This document shows, in pieces, positions 10,355-20,216 of a DNA stretch of 64,000 nucleotides (position 1 is its first letter; every line of letters begins with the position of its first letter). The translations under genes were made by a program, and so were the position numbers. Location: the IMG/VR virus record IMGVR_UViG_3300013121_000010, positions 77,903 to 141,902 of that record; one strand, given 5' to 3'. The stretch comes from a virus. Lineage: Duplodnaviria > Heunggongvirae > Uroviricota > Caudoviricetes. The notes beneath the pieces were generated by a model that was given only the letters and a program-made list of their open reading frames with translations, was not told the DNA's origin and made no database searches.

Positions 10355-11010
10355 GACACGCCTAAGGTAAATAAATAATTGAGAAGTCCACTTCTAGCTA
10401 AATCATTTGGTTCAGTATAACTATCAGCTCTATTTGGTACTAAATCATAACCAACTTTATGATAGCAATATGCTACTGCTGTAGAACAAACTGGATAAAT
10501 ATCATCTATTTTCTCTATTATAGCATCGTTAGAACTTTTGTCAAGAGACTGAAAAAGTCTTAAGCCAAACATTTTCTTTTTAGCCATCCACCATATTCTA
10601 CCCCAACCATAAGGAAGGCCAGTCATATTTCTCATTATGTTTGTTACACGGCGTGGTTCAAAATGAAATAACTCTTCCTTTACACTATTTGTAATATTGT
10701 CAAAATATAATCTTTTTAATGGTTCACTTACTCTATAAACGTCAATTCTATTTTCTTTTAAATCTTGATAGTAAGCTGTTTCTAAAGAAACAGTACGACC
10801 ACCATAACCTTCTCTAAATTCTGTTACTTCAATAAATTCTCTATCTTCTGGACATGCTAAACACTTTGGGAAAGTAGCTAAAGCCGCATGAGAATATTGA
10901 CCATCGCCAGCTTTTTGTATAATCCAAGAAACTAAACTTTTGCCTCTGAAAAGTAAAATATCACCTTCATTAATCGGAGCTTTTTTGTAGTTTACTATTA
11001 TTTTTTTCAT
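10351..11010 (-). CDS. hypothetical protein, possibly a permuted papain-fold (NlpC/P60-like) enzyme
   Basis: YSHAAL (His) precedes a conserved Cys (PVCSTAVAYC), as in permuted papain-like folds; weak. Confidence 0.3.
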   Translation of the reverse strand: MKKIIVNYKKAPINEGDILLFRGKSLVSWIIQKAGDGQYSHAALATFPKCLACPEDREFIEVTEFREGYGGRTVSLETAYYQDLKENRIDVYRVSEPLKRLYFDNITNSVKEELFHFEPRRVTNIMRNMTGLPYGWGRIWWMAKKKMFGLRLFQSLDKSSNDAIIEKIDDIYPVCSTAVAYCYHKVGYDLVPNRADSYTEPNDLARSGLLNYLFTLGVS

Positions 11011-11461
11011 TTGTTATAGCCTCAAGTAAAGCTTCTATCTTACCGATTTTTAATGTAAGTTGTAATTCTCTATCTAAATGTTTATCAACAATATTTTTAA
11101 TATCATTAGATTTTTCATTATAATAAGCAAAGGAAGTCCATACAGGAGCCATAATTGCTGCAATTATTATACATATAGCACCTACCATAGTCCAAAAACT
11201 TTGCCAATCAGTTTTGTTTATATTAGATATTTTGTCAGCTAAAGAATTATAAGTAAGATTATGATTGTCACTTAATCTTGTTATAGCATTTGTTAGTTGT
11301 ATACCCTGTTCTTTTACAGAAGTAGATAATTCTAGTAAATCACGTTGTATAGCTTCTTGTCCCTTTTCAAGAACACTAACTCTTGGTTCAATTTCATGCA
11401 ATAATTTTTCATTTAAGGTGTTACTTGCCATAAAAAAATGGGGATAGTTTCCTACCCCCAT
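10970..11461 (-). CDS. coiled-coil membrane-anchored protein
   Basis: Coiled-coil N-terminal half plus a hydrophobic helix TMVGAICIIIAAIMAPVW. Confidence 0.35.
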   Translation of the reverse strand: MGVGNYPHFFMASNTLNEKLLHEIEPRVSVLEKGQEAIQRDLLELSTSVKEQGIQLTNAITRLSDNHNLTYNSLADKISNINKTDWQSFWTMVGAICIIIAAIMAPVWTSFAYYNEKSNDIKNIVDKHLDRELQLTLKIGKIEALLEAITNEKNNSKLQKSSD

Positions 11462-11487
11462 CCTTGAATTTTAAATTATGTTTTAAA

Positions 11488-12027
11488 TTAGCCAGATGTT
11501 TTAGCTTCGTAATCTGCACGCAATGGAATAGCTAAAGCACCAGTACCAGCTAAACCATGGTCTGAATAGACATATTCACCCGGCAATGCTCTTGTTGGTC
11601 TAGCAGCATCATCGGTGCCAAAACTATCATTAGTTCCTGCACCCTTAGTAGCAACGCCAGTTTCATAATTCCAACTTGTTATATGATATGAACGGCGGTT
11701 TTCTTTAACATGAATACTACGACGGGTTACTGTTCTATGAATACCAGGAGAGTTCAATAAATCACTAGAAGCTCCATTTAAGTATCCATAACCACGAACA
11801 ATAAATTGACCTTCAAACATTCCTCTTGCGAATGTATTAGCTGTAATAGCTTTCATAGTTCCAACATTTGAACTATTTATAGGAAGATTGCCTTGTTTTG
11901 TTATATTACCTTGTGTTAAATTATTTGGTGCTGTAGTTACATTTCTACCATCTACATTACCAGCACGCGGAATAACCGCACCATTATTGTTAGTAGAACC
12001 AGACCCCTTAGCTGTAGTTGTAGCCAT
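11488..12027 (-). CDS. hypothetical protein, possibly a virion component
   Basis: Low-complexity G/N/T-rich sequence; the gene is preceded by a good RBS. Confidence 0.35.
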   Translation of the reverse strand: MATTTAKGSGSTNNNGAVIPRAGNVDGRNVTTAPNNLTQGNITKQGNLPINSSNVGTMKAITANTFARGMFEGQFIVRGYGYLNGASSDLLNSPGIHRTVTRRSIHVKENRRSYHITSWNYETGVATKGAGTNDSFGTDDAARPTRALPGEYVYSDHGLAGTGALAIPLRADYEAKTSG

Positions 12028-12093
12028 ATTATTTAATTCTCTTTACTTATCTTCTTTCCTGCTTTCCTACATTAATTTATGTTCCTATCATTG

Positions 12094-12609
12094 CTAATGT
12101 ATATACACCATTTTTTCTCTTAATATATTTATAGATTTTTCTATTCTGTTCTTTATTGTTTGTGTTGAATACTTTAGTTTAATACCTATATCTTTTAATG
12201 ATAAACCTTCTAAATATCTCATTTTAAGTATTTTGATATTTTCTTCGTTTATATGTTTATTTATTTCATTAAATATATACTCATATTCATCTTTATTTTC
12301 TTCATTATAAACTACATCACAATCTGAAATTTTAACTTTTTTATGTTTTTTTCTATCTTTTCTAATATCAATAATTTTTTGTTGGCATTCCCACTTAATA
12401 AATTTCCATAAAGAACTTGTAAATTTAGTGGTGTACTTTTCTCCATTATGAAATTGTAAAGCTCTCCACAAACCATGTATACCACACTCTTTTAATGTAT
12501 CACCATCTAAAATACCTGAGTATTTTTTTAACACTGATTTTATTATGTTTGAATTATCTTTATTGTTTATAGCTTCTAAATACTCTTCATTACTTATTTG
12601 TTTCTTCAT
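12094..12609 (-). CDS. sigma-70 family (ECF-like) RNA polymerase sigma factor
   Basis: Region 2-like GIHGLWRALQF...FIKWECQ and region 4.2 HTH LSLKDIGIKLKYSTQTIKNRIEKSINILR. Confidence 0.55.
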   Translation of the reverse strand: MKKQISNEEYLEAINNKDNSNIIKSVLKKYSGILDGDTLKECGIHGLWRALQFHNGEKYTTKFTSSLWKFIKWECQQKIIDIRKDRKKHKKVKISDCDVVYNEENKDEYEYIFNEINKHINEENIKILKMRYLEGLSLKDIGIKLKYSTQTIKNRIEKSINILREKMVYIH

Positions 12610-12886
12610 ATTTTCTATAACCTAAATCCCAAAGAGCATTAGCTAAATCACTTGCTGTATTATGTACCCAAGTTTCATCGCCAAATTTTGCACAACCATG
12701 TAGCATTTCATGTAGATAAGTGTCTAACTCATCTTTACCAACTAACCCCTTTCTAATTCCTATTGTACCTAAAAACTTATTTTTTTCAGATGGATAAATT
12801 ATATATCCATAATTTTTAGTTTTACTACGCTTGACAATCTTATATTTAGAATTATCAAGTGTAATTATCATAAATACAACCACCAA
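12590..12886 (-). CDS. small HExxH metallopeptidase-like protein
   Basis: LHEMLHG (HExxH) motif in a 98-aa protein. Confidence 0.35.
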   Translation of the reverse strand: MVVVFMIITLDNSKYKIVKRSKTKNYGYIIYPSEKNKFLGTIGIRKGLVGKDELDTYLHEMLHGCAKFGDETWVHNTASDLANALWDLGYRKYEETNK

Positions 12887-13454
12887 CTAATTTATGTGTA
12901 TTTTTGAATAAATTTACCTTTTCTATAAATTCATCATTAACAATAACACTTTTTACGACATCAAATTTACCGTTTGGCATTATATACATACACCACAAAA
13001 CGCCCTCATTATTTAATGAATCTATCTTTTCTTTAATTTGTTTAAGAGACTCATCATCCAACTTATCATTGATATTAAATTCTAATGGTAGATTTTCTTC
13101 CATTGTAAGTAAATCTTGTAAATTTTTCTTACATTCTGTTATATCAAATAATCCAGTCGTAGGGAAACCAACAACAAACGAATATCTTGACACAGGCAAA
13201 AATAGAGAAACCCCCTCAGCTTTTATAATTTTCTTACCAATATCCTCAGTAATATCAAAATTAGTGTTTGCTAACCAAGTATCAAAATGCCTAGATGCTA
13301 AAGAAGAATCTTTTACTGTAATAGCTCCTAAACTTGTAATTAATATACGGTCTTTTCTAATATCTTCAAGATTAGACTCTTCCTTTGTATCTTCATCTAA
13401 TTCTAATTTTAGTGGGTCATCCCATTTTTCCCAAACAATCTTTTTTCTTTTCAT
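12855..13454 (-). CDS. hypothetical protein
   Basis: ORF only. Confidence 0.35.
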   Translation of the reverse strand: MKRKKIVWEKWDDPLKLELDEDTKEESNLEDIRKDRILITSLGAITVKDSSLASRHFDTWLANTNFDITEDIGKKIIKAEGVSLFLPVSRYSFVVGFPTTGLFDITECKKNLQDLLTMEENLPLEFNINDKLDDESLKQIKEKIDSLNNEGVLWCMYIMPNGKFDVVKSVIVNDEFIEKVNLFKNTHKLVGGCIYDNYT

Positions 13455-14341
13455 TATACAGTTATCTCCATCTTAATATTTGGATGAAATTTATAATTTA
13501 TTAATTCATAATTATTGTAAGTCCAATCAAATATAGAAGTAAAGTTATTTACTAGCATAGTTGGCAATTCAAATTCTTCTCTATTCAATATAATTTTTGC
13601 TGCTTCTAAATGATTTTCATAAATATGACAATCAACAAAACAAGCGGACAAATTTCCAGGTTTTAACCCGGTTTCTTTACAAAGCAAGAGAAGTAACATA
13701 CCATAGTGAGCTATATCAAACGGTACGCCAAGCATAAAGTCAGCAGAACGCTGTACCCAAAAGAGATTTAATGTATCATTATTACTAACAGTACAATTCC
13801 AAGCATAATGGCATGGTGGTAAGGCCATTTCATTTAATTTAAGTGGATTCCAATAACTAACAACCAATCTTCTATCATTAGGTGTTCTTTTTAATGTTTC
13901 AACTAATATATGCAGTTGGTCACACTTATCACCATTAAAGTTTCTTCCTTGAGAACCATATATAGGGCCTAAATCATCTGTTTTAAGAGCTATTTTTTTA
14001 TAATCATTAAAATTAGCAGAGTTTTCTTTAACGACTTTTGGATTTGCCCATTCATTCCAAATATTACAACCTCTTTCCTTATACCAATTTTTAGACCTAA
14101 TACCTTTGATAAACCCTTCTAATTCAACCATTATTGAATTTATATGGAGTTTTCTTAGTGTTAATAAAGGAAAACCATCAGACATTTCATGTGTAAAAAA
14201 CTGGTTTGGCAACATTATTGTTCCAGTTTGAACTGGTTCTGAACCAATAACCTTGCCATTATCGTCTAAAACATTTCTAGTAGCGACCTTTCTAGTACCG
14301 CTGTTTAATATTCTTAATCCTATATCTTTATAATTTTTCAC
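13454..14341 (-). CDS. thyA: thymidylate synthase (ThyA type)
   Basis: FPLLTLRK, LPPCHYAW, QRSADFMLGVPFDIA and DCHIYENH motifs. Confidence 0.9.
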   Translation of the reverse strand: MKNYKDIGLRILNSGTRKVATRNVLDDNGKVIGSEPVQTGTIMLPNQFFTHEMSDGFPLLTLRKLHINSIMVELEGFIKGIRSKNWYKERGCNIWNEWANPKVVKENSANFNDYKKIALKTDDLGPIYGSQGRNFNGDKCDQLHILVETLKRTPNDRRLVVSYWNPLKLNEMALPPCHYAWNCTVSNNDTLNLFWVQRSADFMLGVPFDIAHYGMLLLLLCKETGLKPGNLSACFVDCHIYENHLEAAKIILNREEFELPTMLVNNFTSIFDWTYNNYELINYKFHPNIKMEITV

Positions 14342-14796
14342 TTTGGTTCTCCAAAAAGTTGATGTGGCCCCACTATTGGAGCATTGTACTCATCTGAGTA
14401 TAATGACCAAGAATTTAATATTTCAGAGGCTAATTTGTCAGTTTTATTAGCTTCCGCCCATCTTAGTAAGTAAACAATAATATTGGTTTTTAACTGACCT
14501 GTATTTAATTTGTGAAATAAATTACCTACATTTCTACAAATATTTTTAGCTGTATCATAATCAGAAAATGATGTTTTAAATCTCACATTTCCTTCATCAT
14601 CTAAGTTAATAACAAATGTAAAACTATTATTTCTGTGTATATCATTAGATAACATTAGAGATTTATAAGCTTCTTGATAAGCAATAACTTCATCTATAGT
14701 TAAACCAGTTGCTTCTGAAAGCATATTGGGTTCTAATTCTATATTTTTTTCTATAAAATCACTTTGAGCTATTGTCATTTTAGACATTTTGAACAC
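14338..14796 (-). CDS. hypothetical protein
   Basis: ORF; translationally coupled to thyA. Confidence 0.35.
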   Translation of the reverse strand: MFKMSKMTIAQSDFIEKNIELEPNMLSEATGLTIDEVIAYQEAYKSLMLSNDIHRNNSFTFVINLDDEGNVRFKTSFSDYDTAKNICRNVGNLFHKLNTGQLKTNIIVYLLRWAEANKTDKLASEILNSWSLYSDEYNAPIVGPHQLFGEPK

Positions 14797-15130
14797 CCAT
14801 TATTATTATTTTTTTGCTAATTTCATCTGTTATAACATTAATGTCATTGCACCAATAAGCATCGTTCCAAGTTTCATGCCCAGGCTCAATCTTAAATCTA
14901 TAAACCAAATGAACACAATTATTGTTATAGTCTATGAAAAATGTATATGGTTCAGTTATTAGCCAATATGGTGGATACATTAAGTATTTGTTTAAAATAC
15001 TGGAAATATCATTATTGATATTAAAATCACAATCCCTACTTATAATCTTATTATCTTTCAATAATAAAAATTCTGGTTGTCCACTATTCCTGTCGTAAGA
15101 TAAAACAATAGCGTGTTCAAATACCTTCAT
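14780..15130 (-). CDS. hypothetical protein
   Basis: ORF only. Confidence 0.35.
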   Translation of the reverse strand: MKVFEHAIVLSYDRNSGQPEFLLLKDNKIISRDCDFNINNDISSILNKYLMYPPYWLITEPYTFFIDYNNNCVHLVYRFKIEPGHETWNDAYWCNDINVITDEISKKIIIMGVQNV

Positions 15131-15608
15131 TTATAATTTTCCTAAAATTAGATATACTTATATTATCTACTCTTTTGAATATATCATTTAATATCTCATT
15201 ATCCTTATATAGTTTAATACAAGCGTTATTATCGCCTACATTAACTAAATCTTTTAATGGTTTAACATATTGAACATATTCTTTCAACACATTTGTTTTG
15301 CAAATCCAAACGCTTTTATGTAAAACACAAAACCAAAAATTAGATTTTGTTATAGATATACCTGACGGAGAACATTTTTTGCTATTATAGTATTCTATTG
15401 CTATATTACCGCTTTTTTCTTGATATGAATCAAATTTTACTTCCGAAGTAAAAGTAAATTTGCAACACAGTGACTTACTAACTAAATCATAGTAAGACAG
15501 TTCATCTTTGTCAATATTAAAAGATGTTTTGTAGCCAGAATTTTCTAGAATTCTAAATACTAATTTTTCAGCTACTTTAGCAAGATTATTATCATTCAGA
15601 AATGACAT
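15117..15608 (-). CDS. hypothetical protein
   Basis: ORF only. Confidence 0.35.
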   Translation of the reverse strand: MSFLNDNNLAKVAEKLVFRILENSGYKTSFNIDKDELSYYDLVSKSLCCKFTFTSEVKFDSYQEKSGNIAIEYYNSKKCSPSGISITKSNFWFCVLHKSVWICKTNVLKEYVQYVKPLKDLVNVGDNNACIKLYKDNEILNDIFKRVDNISISNFRKIINEGI

Positions 15609-16152
15609 ATTTTTTAATTTTATTTAAACCAGCATTATATATTTGATGAACTCTCTGTTTAGTTAATGATAGGTCATTGCTTATTTGTTCAAAAGTATCA
15701 CTTGTCAGTATTCTTCTGCTTACACATTCATGTTCATGCTTAGTTAAATTACTATTTGATAATATCTCATTAAAATTATCTTCTGAATACTCAGTTTTAT
15801 TAAATAATGCTATCTTATCATTTAATTCTGAAATTGTTCCGCTTTTCTTCTTTTGTTTAATATATTCAGAAAAATATTTTTTAGCACCTTGATTAATACA
15901 ATAGATTATATATCTTTCAATTGATAGATTTGATGAAGAATCATATCTCATGTGACCACAAACTGCATAATATAACAAAAATGTTATAAAATCTTCATTG
16001 TTTATTAACCTAGCTTTATTTCTATGGTAAGTTATAATAACTTTTTTAATTAAATCGACATATTTTTTTTCTTCCCATAAGTCTATACCACTACTATTTA
16101 CCATAGTATTATTTTTTAATGATTTAGTCACATTTATATCAGATAAATACAC
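15592..16152 (-). CDS. sigma-70 family sigma factor-like protein
   Basis: C-terminal region 4.2-like HTH ISNDLSLTKQRVHQIYNAGLNKIKKY. Confidence 0.45.
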   Translation of the reverse strand: MYLSDINVTKSLKNNTMVNSSGIDLWEEKKYVDLIKKVIITYHRNKARLINNEDFITFLLYYAVCGHMRYDSSSNLSIERYIIYCINQGAKKYFSEYIKQKKKSGTISELNDKIALFNKTEYSEDNFNEILSNSNLTKHEHECVSRRILTSDTFEQISNDLSLTKQRVHQIYNAGLNKIKKYVISE

Positions 16153-16154
16153 AA

Positions 16155-16637
16155 CTATTTTCCTTTATTTTTAACAAACGAATTTTCTAATAAAATATCT
16201 ACAAATTTCTTTATTGTTCTATATACATTAGATTTTTTTGTAAAAGAATACTTTTCTAATGCTTCATCTTCTATCCAATCTCTTAAAGATGAACCAAACT
16301 CTTGACTTCTAGCTAACCAATCACATACCATTTCAGCTAAAGCTACATCTGGCATTTCATTAATACCACCCCAAAATTCAGGATGATGGTCATTAGAAGA
16401 TTGATGTTCTATAATAGCTAATTCTAGAAATTTTGGGTCTACTTTAATACCCTGATGTAGATAATCCCATTCGATACCAGTAAACTTAGAATTGTCGTGA
16501 CGGTATCCTCTAGCTATTAATTCTCTGCCTACAACCTCATCGCCTTGTTTTATTAATCTATTGCCAAGTAATAAACATGCTTCTCTTACTAAATCTATAT
16601 GTCTTGTAAGATTATCTAAATGTTCTTCCGTATCCAT
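16155..16637 (-). CDS. hypothetical protein
   Basis: ORF only. Confidence 0.35.
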   Translation of the reverse strand: MDTEEHLDNLTRHIDLVREACLLLGNRLIKQGDEVVGRELIARGYRHDNSKFTGIEWDYLHQGIKVDPKFLELAIIEHQSSNDHHPEFWGGINEMPDVALAEMVCDWLARSQEFGSSLRDWIEDEALEKYSFTKKSNVYRTIKKFVDILLENSFVKNKGK

Positions 16638-16663
16638 TTTTCTCCCTTTTATTATTAATAAAG

Positions 16664-16735
16664 TGTCTCTACTAGGAATTGAACCTAGACCATTACGTTA
16701 GGACCGTAAGATGCTATCCTTTACACTATAGAGAC
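16664..16735 (-). tRNA. tRNA-Arg (CCT)
   Basis: Acceptor GTCTCTA/TAGAGAC; anticodon stem TTACG/CGTAA with loop GTCCTAA; T-arm CTAGG-TTCAATT-CCTAG. Confidence 0.55.
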
Positions 16736-16797
16736 ATTTGTGATAGCTCAAGCGTATTTATAACAACAATAAATACACGAACGCTATCACTTTGAAG

Positions 16798-16869
16798 TAC
16801 CCTAGCTAGGATTTGAACCCAGTCTAATTCTTTCGTAGAGAATCGTGCTATCCATCACACTCCAAGGGC
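16798..16869 (-). tRNA. tRNA-Arg (ACG)
   Basis: Anticodon stem ATTCT/AGAAT with loop CTACGAA; T-arm CTGGG-TTCAAAT-CCTAG. Confidence 0.5.
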
Positions 16870-16878
16870 ATTCTAAAG

Positions 16879-16951
16879 TCCGCTCACAGAGACTTGAACT
16901 CTGAACTCACAGGGTAAGAGCCTGGGATGTTGCCGCTAACACCTTGAGCGG
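16879..16951 (-). tRNA. tRNA-Lys (CTT), tentative
   Basis: Acceptor CCGCTCA/TGAGCGG; T-arm CAGAG-TTCAAGT-CTCTG; anticodon loop CTCTTAC. Confidence 0.45.
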
Positions 16952-16986
16952 GTGTTTCTTAATTATATCAGAAACTTCGTTTGTTG

Positions 16987-17418
16987 TCAAGCACCTCTAA
17001 ATTTATGTCCAAGCTCATCAGCCTCACTATTAAGCTCTCTACCAACCCAACCAAAGTGGAACCTATCTATATAATATAAAGCATTTAAACTTTCATATAT
17101 TTTCCTTGCATTACCAATTATTAATTGTAAATTTTCAGATTTGCAAGCATATTCACCAGTAATTTGTCTTACAACTAATTGACTGTCACCAACAATTTGA
17201 ATATGTTTATACCAATCTTTATATGAATAAGCAAATAATAGAGCTTGGTAAGCAGCAAAAGCTTCTGCAACATTATTAGTTTGTGGCAAATCAACTGGAC
17301 ACCTTCCAGCTAATTCACAAAGCTTTCTTTTGGTGGTTAAACACTTACCAACTACTGACCAAACAGCATCGCCGTTTGTATTCCCACCGTCAAAATTTAA
17401 AACTAATGAATTAGACAT
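16987..17418 (-). CDS. rnh: ribonuclease H
   Basis: DGG..G, AEAFA, GDSQLVV and NSEADELG blocks of RNase HI. Confidence 0.75.
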   Translation of the reverse strand: MSNSLVLNFDGGNTNGDAVWSVVGKCLTTKRKLCELAGRCPVDLPQTNNVAEAFAAYQALLFAYSYKDWYKHIQIVGDSQLVVRQITGEYACKSENLQLIIGNARKIYESLNALYYIDRFHFGWVGRELNSEADELGHKFRGA

Positions 17419-17710
17419 TAATAACCTTTTTTAATTGAAAATAATCGCCGTTATGGTATCTAACTCTAATATCATAAGGAAGATTTAACGGTAAACAAAA
17501 ACCTTCTTTTATTGACTGTAACCAACAAGCATGAAATAATATTGGATTAAACAAATTATTATTGAAATTGTAAACATAAAATTCATAAATAAATTGAGAA
17601 TTTTTATTGTCTTTAACAAGAACCTCTAATTTGCTTTCAAGAGGAAATCCATAACCAATATAACTTATATCACATTGAAGTATCTCTATATTTAATTCAG
17701 GAATTTTCAT
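17411..17710 (-). CDS. hypothetical protein
   Basis: ORF only. Confidence 0.3.
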   Translation of the reverse strand: MKIPELNIEILQCDISYIGYGFPLESKLEVLVKDNKNSQFIYEFYVYNFNNNLFNPILFHACWLQSIKEGFCLPLNLPYDIRVRYHNGDYFQLKKVINV

Positions 17711-17928
17711 TAGGATATATCCTCTAATTTTTTCATAAAATCTAATATATGTTGATAAGCCTGCATTCTTGCTGTAGCATCTATATAATTTTCTGATTTA
17801 CTAGAGTATTGACCATCAGCACAATATCCTATATTTTCCAGTATTTCGTCTTTTAAATCATGCCACATTAATTCGTAATCTCTCATTTTCAAACACCTCT
17901 TTCCAATAAGAAAGTTTAACTTTCTCAT
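17710..17928 (-). CDS. hypothetical protein
   Basis: ORF only. Confidence 0.3.
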   Translation of the reverse strand: MRKLNFLIGKRCLKMRDYELMWHDLKDEILENIGYCADGQYSSKSENYIDATARMQAYQHILDFMKKLEDIS

Positions 17929-18805
17929 AACTTATGTCTTTAAAACTATTTTTACCGTATTCAACCAAATCTTTAATAGCATTTTTGCTTAAAAATAAAC
18001 TTTTCAAAACTAACATTGGTAATTCTCTGTATGTTAAAGCAAGAGAAGGATTATCTACTAATGGCAACACACCTAAATATATAGCTTCCAAATTCCTGTA
18101 ACAATCAATACCATTTCCGCACGGTGATATTACAGTATGATGCTGTGCTAAATCCATCAAGTATTCTTTATAAGGTTTCTTTTCTTCTGCTTTAATTACC
18201 GTTGCAAAATCTGAATTTTGATAGTAAGATTCTAATTCTGCTCTTTCATAAGTGTAATTAGTCCAGTTTACATAAACTAGAGAACGTTTTTGAATATCAA
18301 TATCAATTTGATTTAATATATCATCTTGTGAATTAGCTGGTACTCCAAATGGTATTTGTATTATTCTATTATCATCAATAGTTTGGCAGTTGGTCGTAAA
18401 CCATCTTACTATATTACTAGGAATATTATTAAATGTGTAAGTAGTCCATGCATAACACTTAACTGAATATTTATCACTTAATTTACACTTATCAACATCA
18501 CATCTTGGACCAATATTTATTCCATTATAACCAATTTCCGGTGTAACACACATTCTAGCCCATTTAATTAAATCAAAACACGGTTGATTGTATAATTGTT
18601 CAGTTACACCAAAATCAGAACAAGAGCTAACAACAACAAATTTTAAATATGGGTTTTCTTTACAATACTCAAAGAAACTTTGCATTTCTTCTAGATTAAC
18701 ATGTATAAGACCGCTTTTTGGCTTATCTCCAATCTTATAAACACTATCACAAAGACCTTTATAAGACTCACAAGTTATAATATCTTCTTTTTTTATAGAT
18801 AACAT
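17858..18805 (-). CDS. hypothetical protein
   Basis: 315-aa ORF in an operon with the ATP-grasp gene. Confidence 0.35.
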   Translation of the reverse strand: MLSIKKEDIITCESYKGLCDSVYKIGDKPKSGLIHVNLEEMQSFFEYCKENPYLKFVVVSSCSDFGVTEQLYNQPCFDLIKWARMCVTPEIGYNGINIGPRCDVDKCKLSDKYSVKCYAWTTYTFNNIPSNIVRWFTTNCQTIDDNRIIQIPFGVPANSQDDILNQIDIDIQKRSLVYVNWTNYTYERAELESYYQNSDFATVIKAEEKKPYKEYLMDLAQHHTVISPCGNGIDCYRNLEAIYLGVLPLVDNPSLALTYRELPMLVLKSLFLSKNAIKDLVEYGKNSFKDISYEKVKLSYWKEVFENERLRINVA

Positions 18806-19536
18806 TTATTTACAGCCTCAGCAAATTTAACTCTATCACAAGCATATAATCCAGAAGTGTGAATACTATTATATTCAACAACTTTGTATTCACCGTTTCT
18901 TCTCATACAAACATCAATAATGTAACCCTTTTGAGGATTGAACATACTTATAATTTTTTTTGTATAACCAATAGCTTTATCTGGTACTTTATTATCTATT
19001 TTAACACCTAAAAAATCTCTATATTTAGAACATGTAATTATTTCTTTATTTATTACAACAAATCTATATTCTTCCTGTATATATTTATCTAGCGGTGACA
19101 CAAAAATAAGTTCACTATTTGGTACTTTTAAAAGTTCACAATTAGCAATAAAATCATTAACTTGTGAAATATGTAAAAGTGTGCCAGGGAAAGTTCTAAC
19201 CGGAGAGATAGGTTTAATAAAAATATCAGTATATATATAATCTTTATTTCTAATTCTATTCTTGAATATTTGATATGTCATTATGTTAGAATAATAATTA
19301 AGTGCTTCATCACCTAATTTACCAACATAAGTAAGATAGTCTAAATTTTCACATAATTTTTTTCGATAATAAACTAAAGCTCCGTTTATACTAGAATAAA
19401 CAAAACGTTTAGATTTTTCTGCTCTAGAATAATCAATTATATCATGGTAAGAAACTAACTTATAAGGTGTTTTAGTATCTTCTAGAGCTTGACACATAAG
19501 TTCAGATTCTAAAAAGTCTTTTTCAACTAACCACAT
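18793..19536 (-). CDS. ATP-grasp fold protein
   Basis: EYRFVVINKEII and IIDVCMRRNGEYKVVEYNS resemble ATP-grasp C-terminal motifs. Confidence 0.45.
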   Translation of the reverse strand: MWLVEKDFLESELMCQALEDTKTPYKLVSYHDIIDYSRAEKSKRFVYSSINGALVYYRKKLCENLDYLTYVGKLGDEALNYYSNIMTYQIFKNRIRNKDYIYTDIFIKPISPVRTFPGTLLHISQVNDFIANCELLKVPNSELIFVSPLDKYIQEEYRFVVINKEIITCSKYRDFLGVKIDNKVPDKAIGYTKKIISMFNPQKGYIIDVCMRRNGEYKVVEYNSIHTSGLYACDRVKFAEAVNKCYL

Positions 19537-19939
19537 TTTCCACCTTGTAAATATATACTGGCTTACCTAATTTCTTCATATAATTAATCATGTGAGCAGT
19601 TCCACTACTTACACCATCCCATATAGCTAAGCAAGCATCAGCAAAATCACCCATTTTAATATTTCTATCAAGTCCAGCCCTAGCATTGTAATAACCTTCA
19701 TCATCGCCCGGTCTAACATCTACTATAGCACCCGGAGCTTTTAAGTCATGCCATAAAGCCTGGAAAACTTGATATTTTATACCATTTTCCTTTGCATACC
19801 TTTCGCCTAACTTATCAACGCCTTTTGCTCCACCACTAACTATTAAAGTGGCTTTTTTATGAGTATTAGACTTTTTAATTGCGTCTAAAACTATATTGTA
19901 GTCTGTTATTGAACGACTACCGCAAATTATTATTTTCAT
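19523..19939 (-). CDS. SLOG/DUF2493-like nucleotide-binding protein
   Basis: IICGSR...VSGGAKGVD Rossmann-like SLOG pattern. Confidence 0.4.
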   Translation of the reverse strand: MKIIICGSRSITDYNIVLDAIKKSNTHKKATLIVSGGAKGVDKLGERYAKENGIKYQVFQALWHDLKAPGAIVDVRPGDDEGYYNARAGLDRNIKMGDFADACLAIWDGVSSGTAHMINYMKKLGKPVYIYKVENVVS

Positions 19940-20216
19940 AAATTGTAATCTCTTTTGAATTTGGAAGAATAATTAATCCATAATCCCATTCTTGTAATAA
20001 GTAAAAAATACACATTGATATATTTATATCATTTGCTATACTTTCACTTACTAAAATTTCAAACTCTCTAGTTATTTCACAAGCATTATTTTTAAGATAG
20101 TCCTCACAAAAACTTTGTAAGTCACCGTGCAAATATTTAGAACGCCATTCGTTTGGAAGCTTTTCTTCCATAAGTTTGGTTACATGAGCTAAAACTTCAC
20201 TAGACGCCTGCGGCAT
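19917..20216 (-). CDS. hypothetical protein
   Basis: ORF only. Confidence 0.3.
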   Translation of the reverse strand: MPQASSEVLAHVTKLMEEKLPNEWRSKYLHGDLQSFCEDYLKNNACEITREFEILVSESIANDINISMCIFYLLQEWDYGLIILPNSKEITIYENNNLR

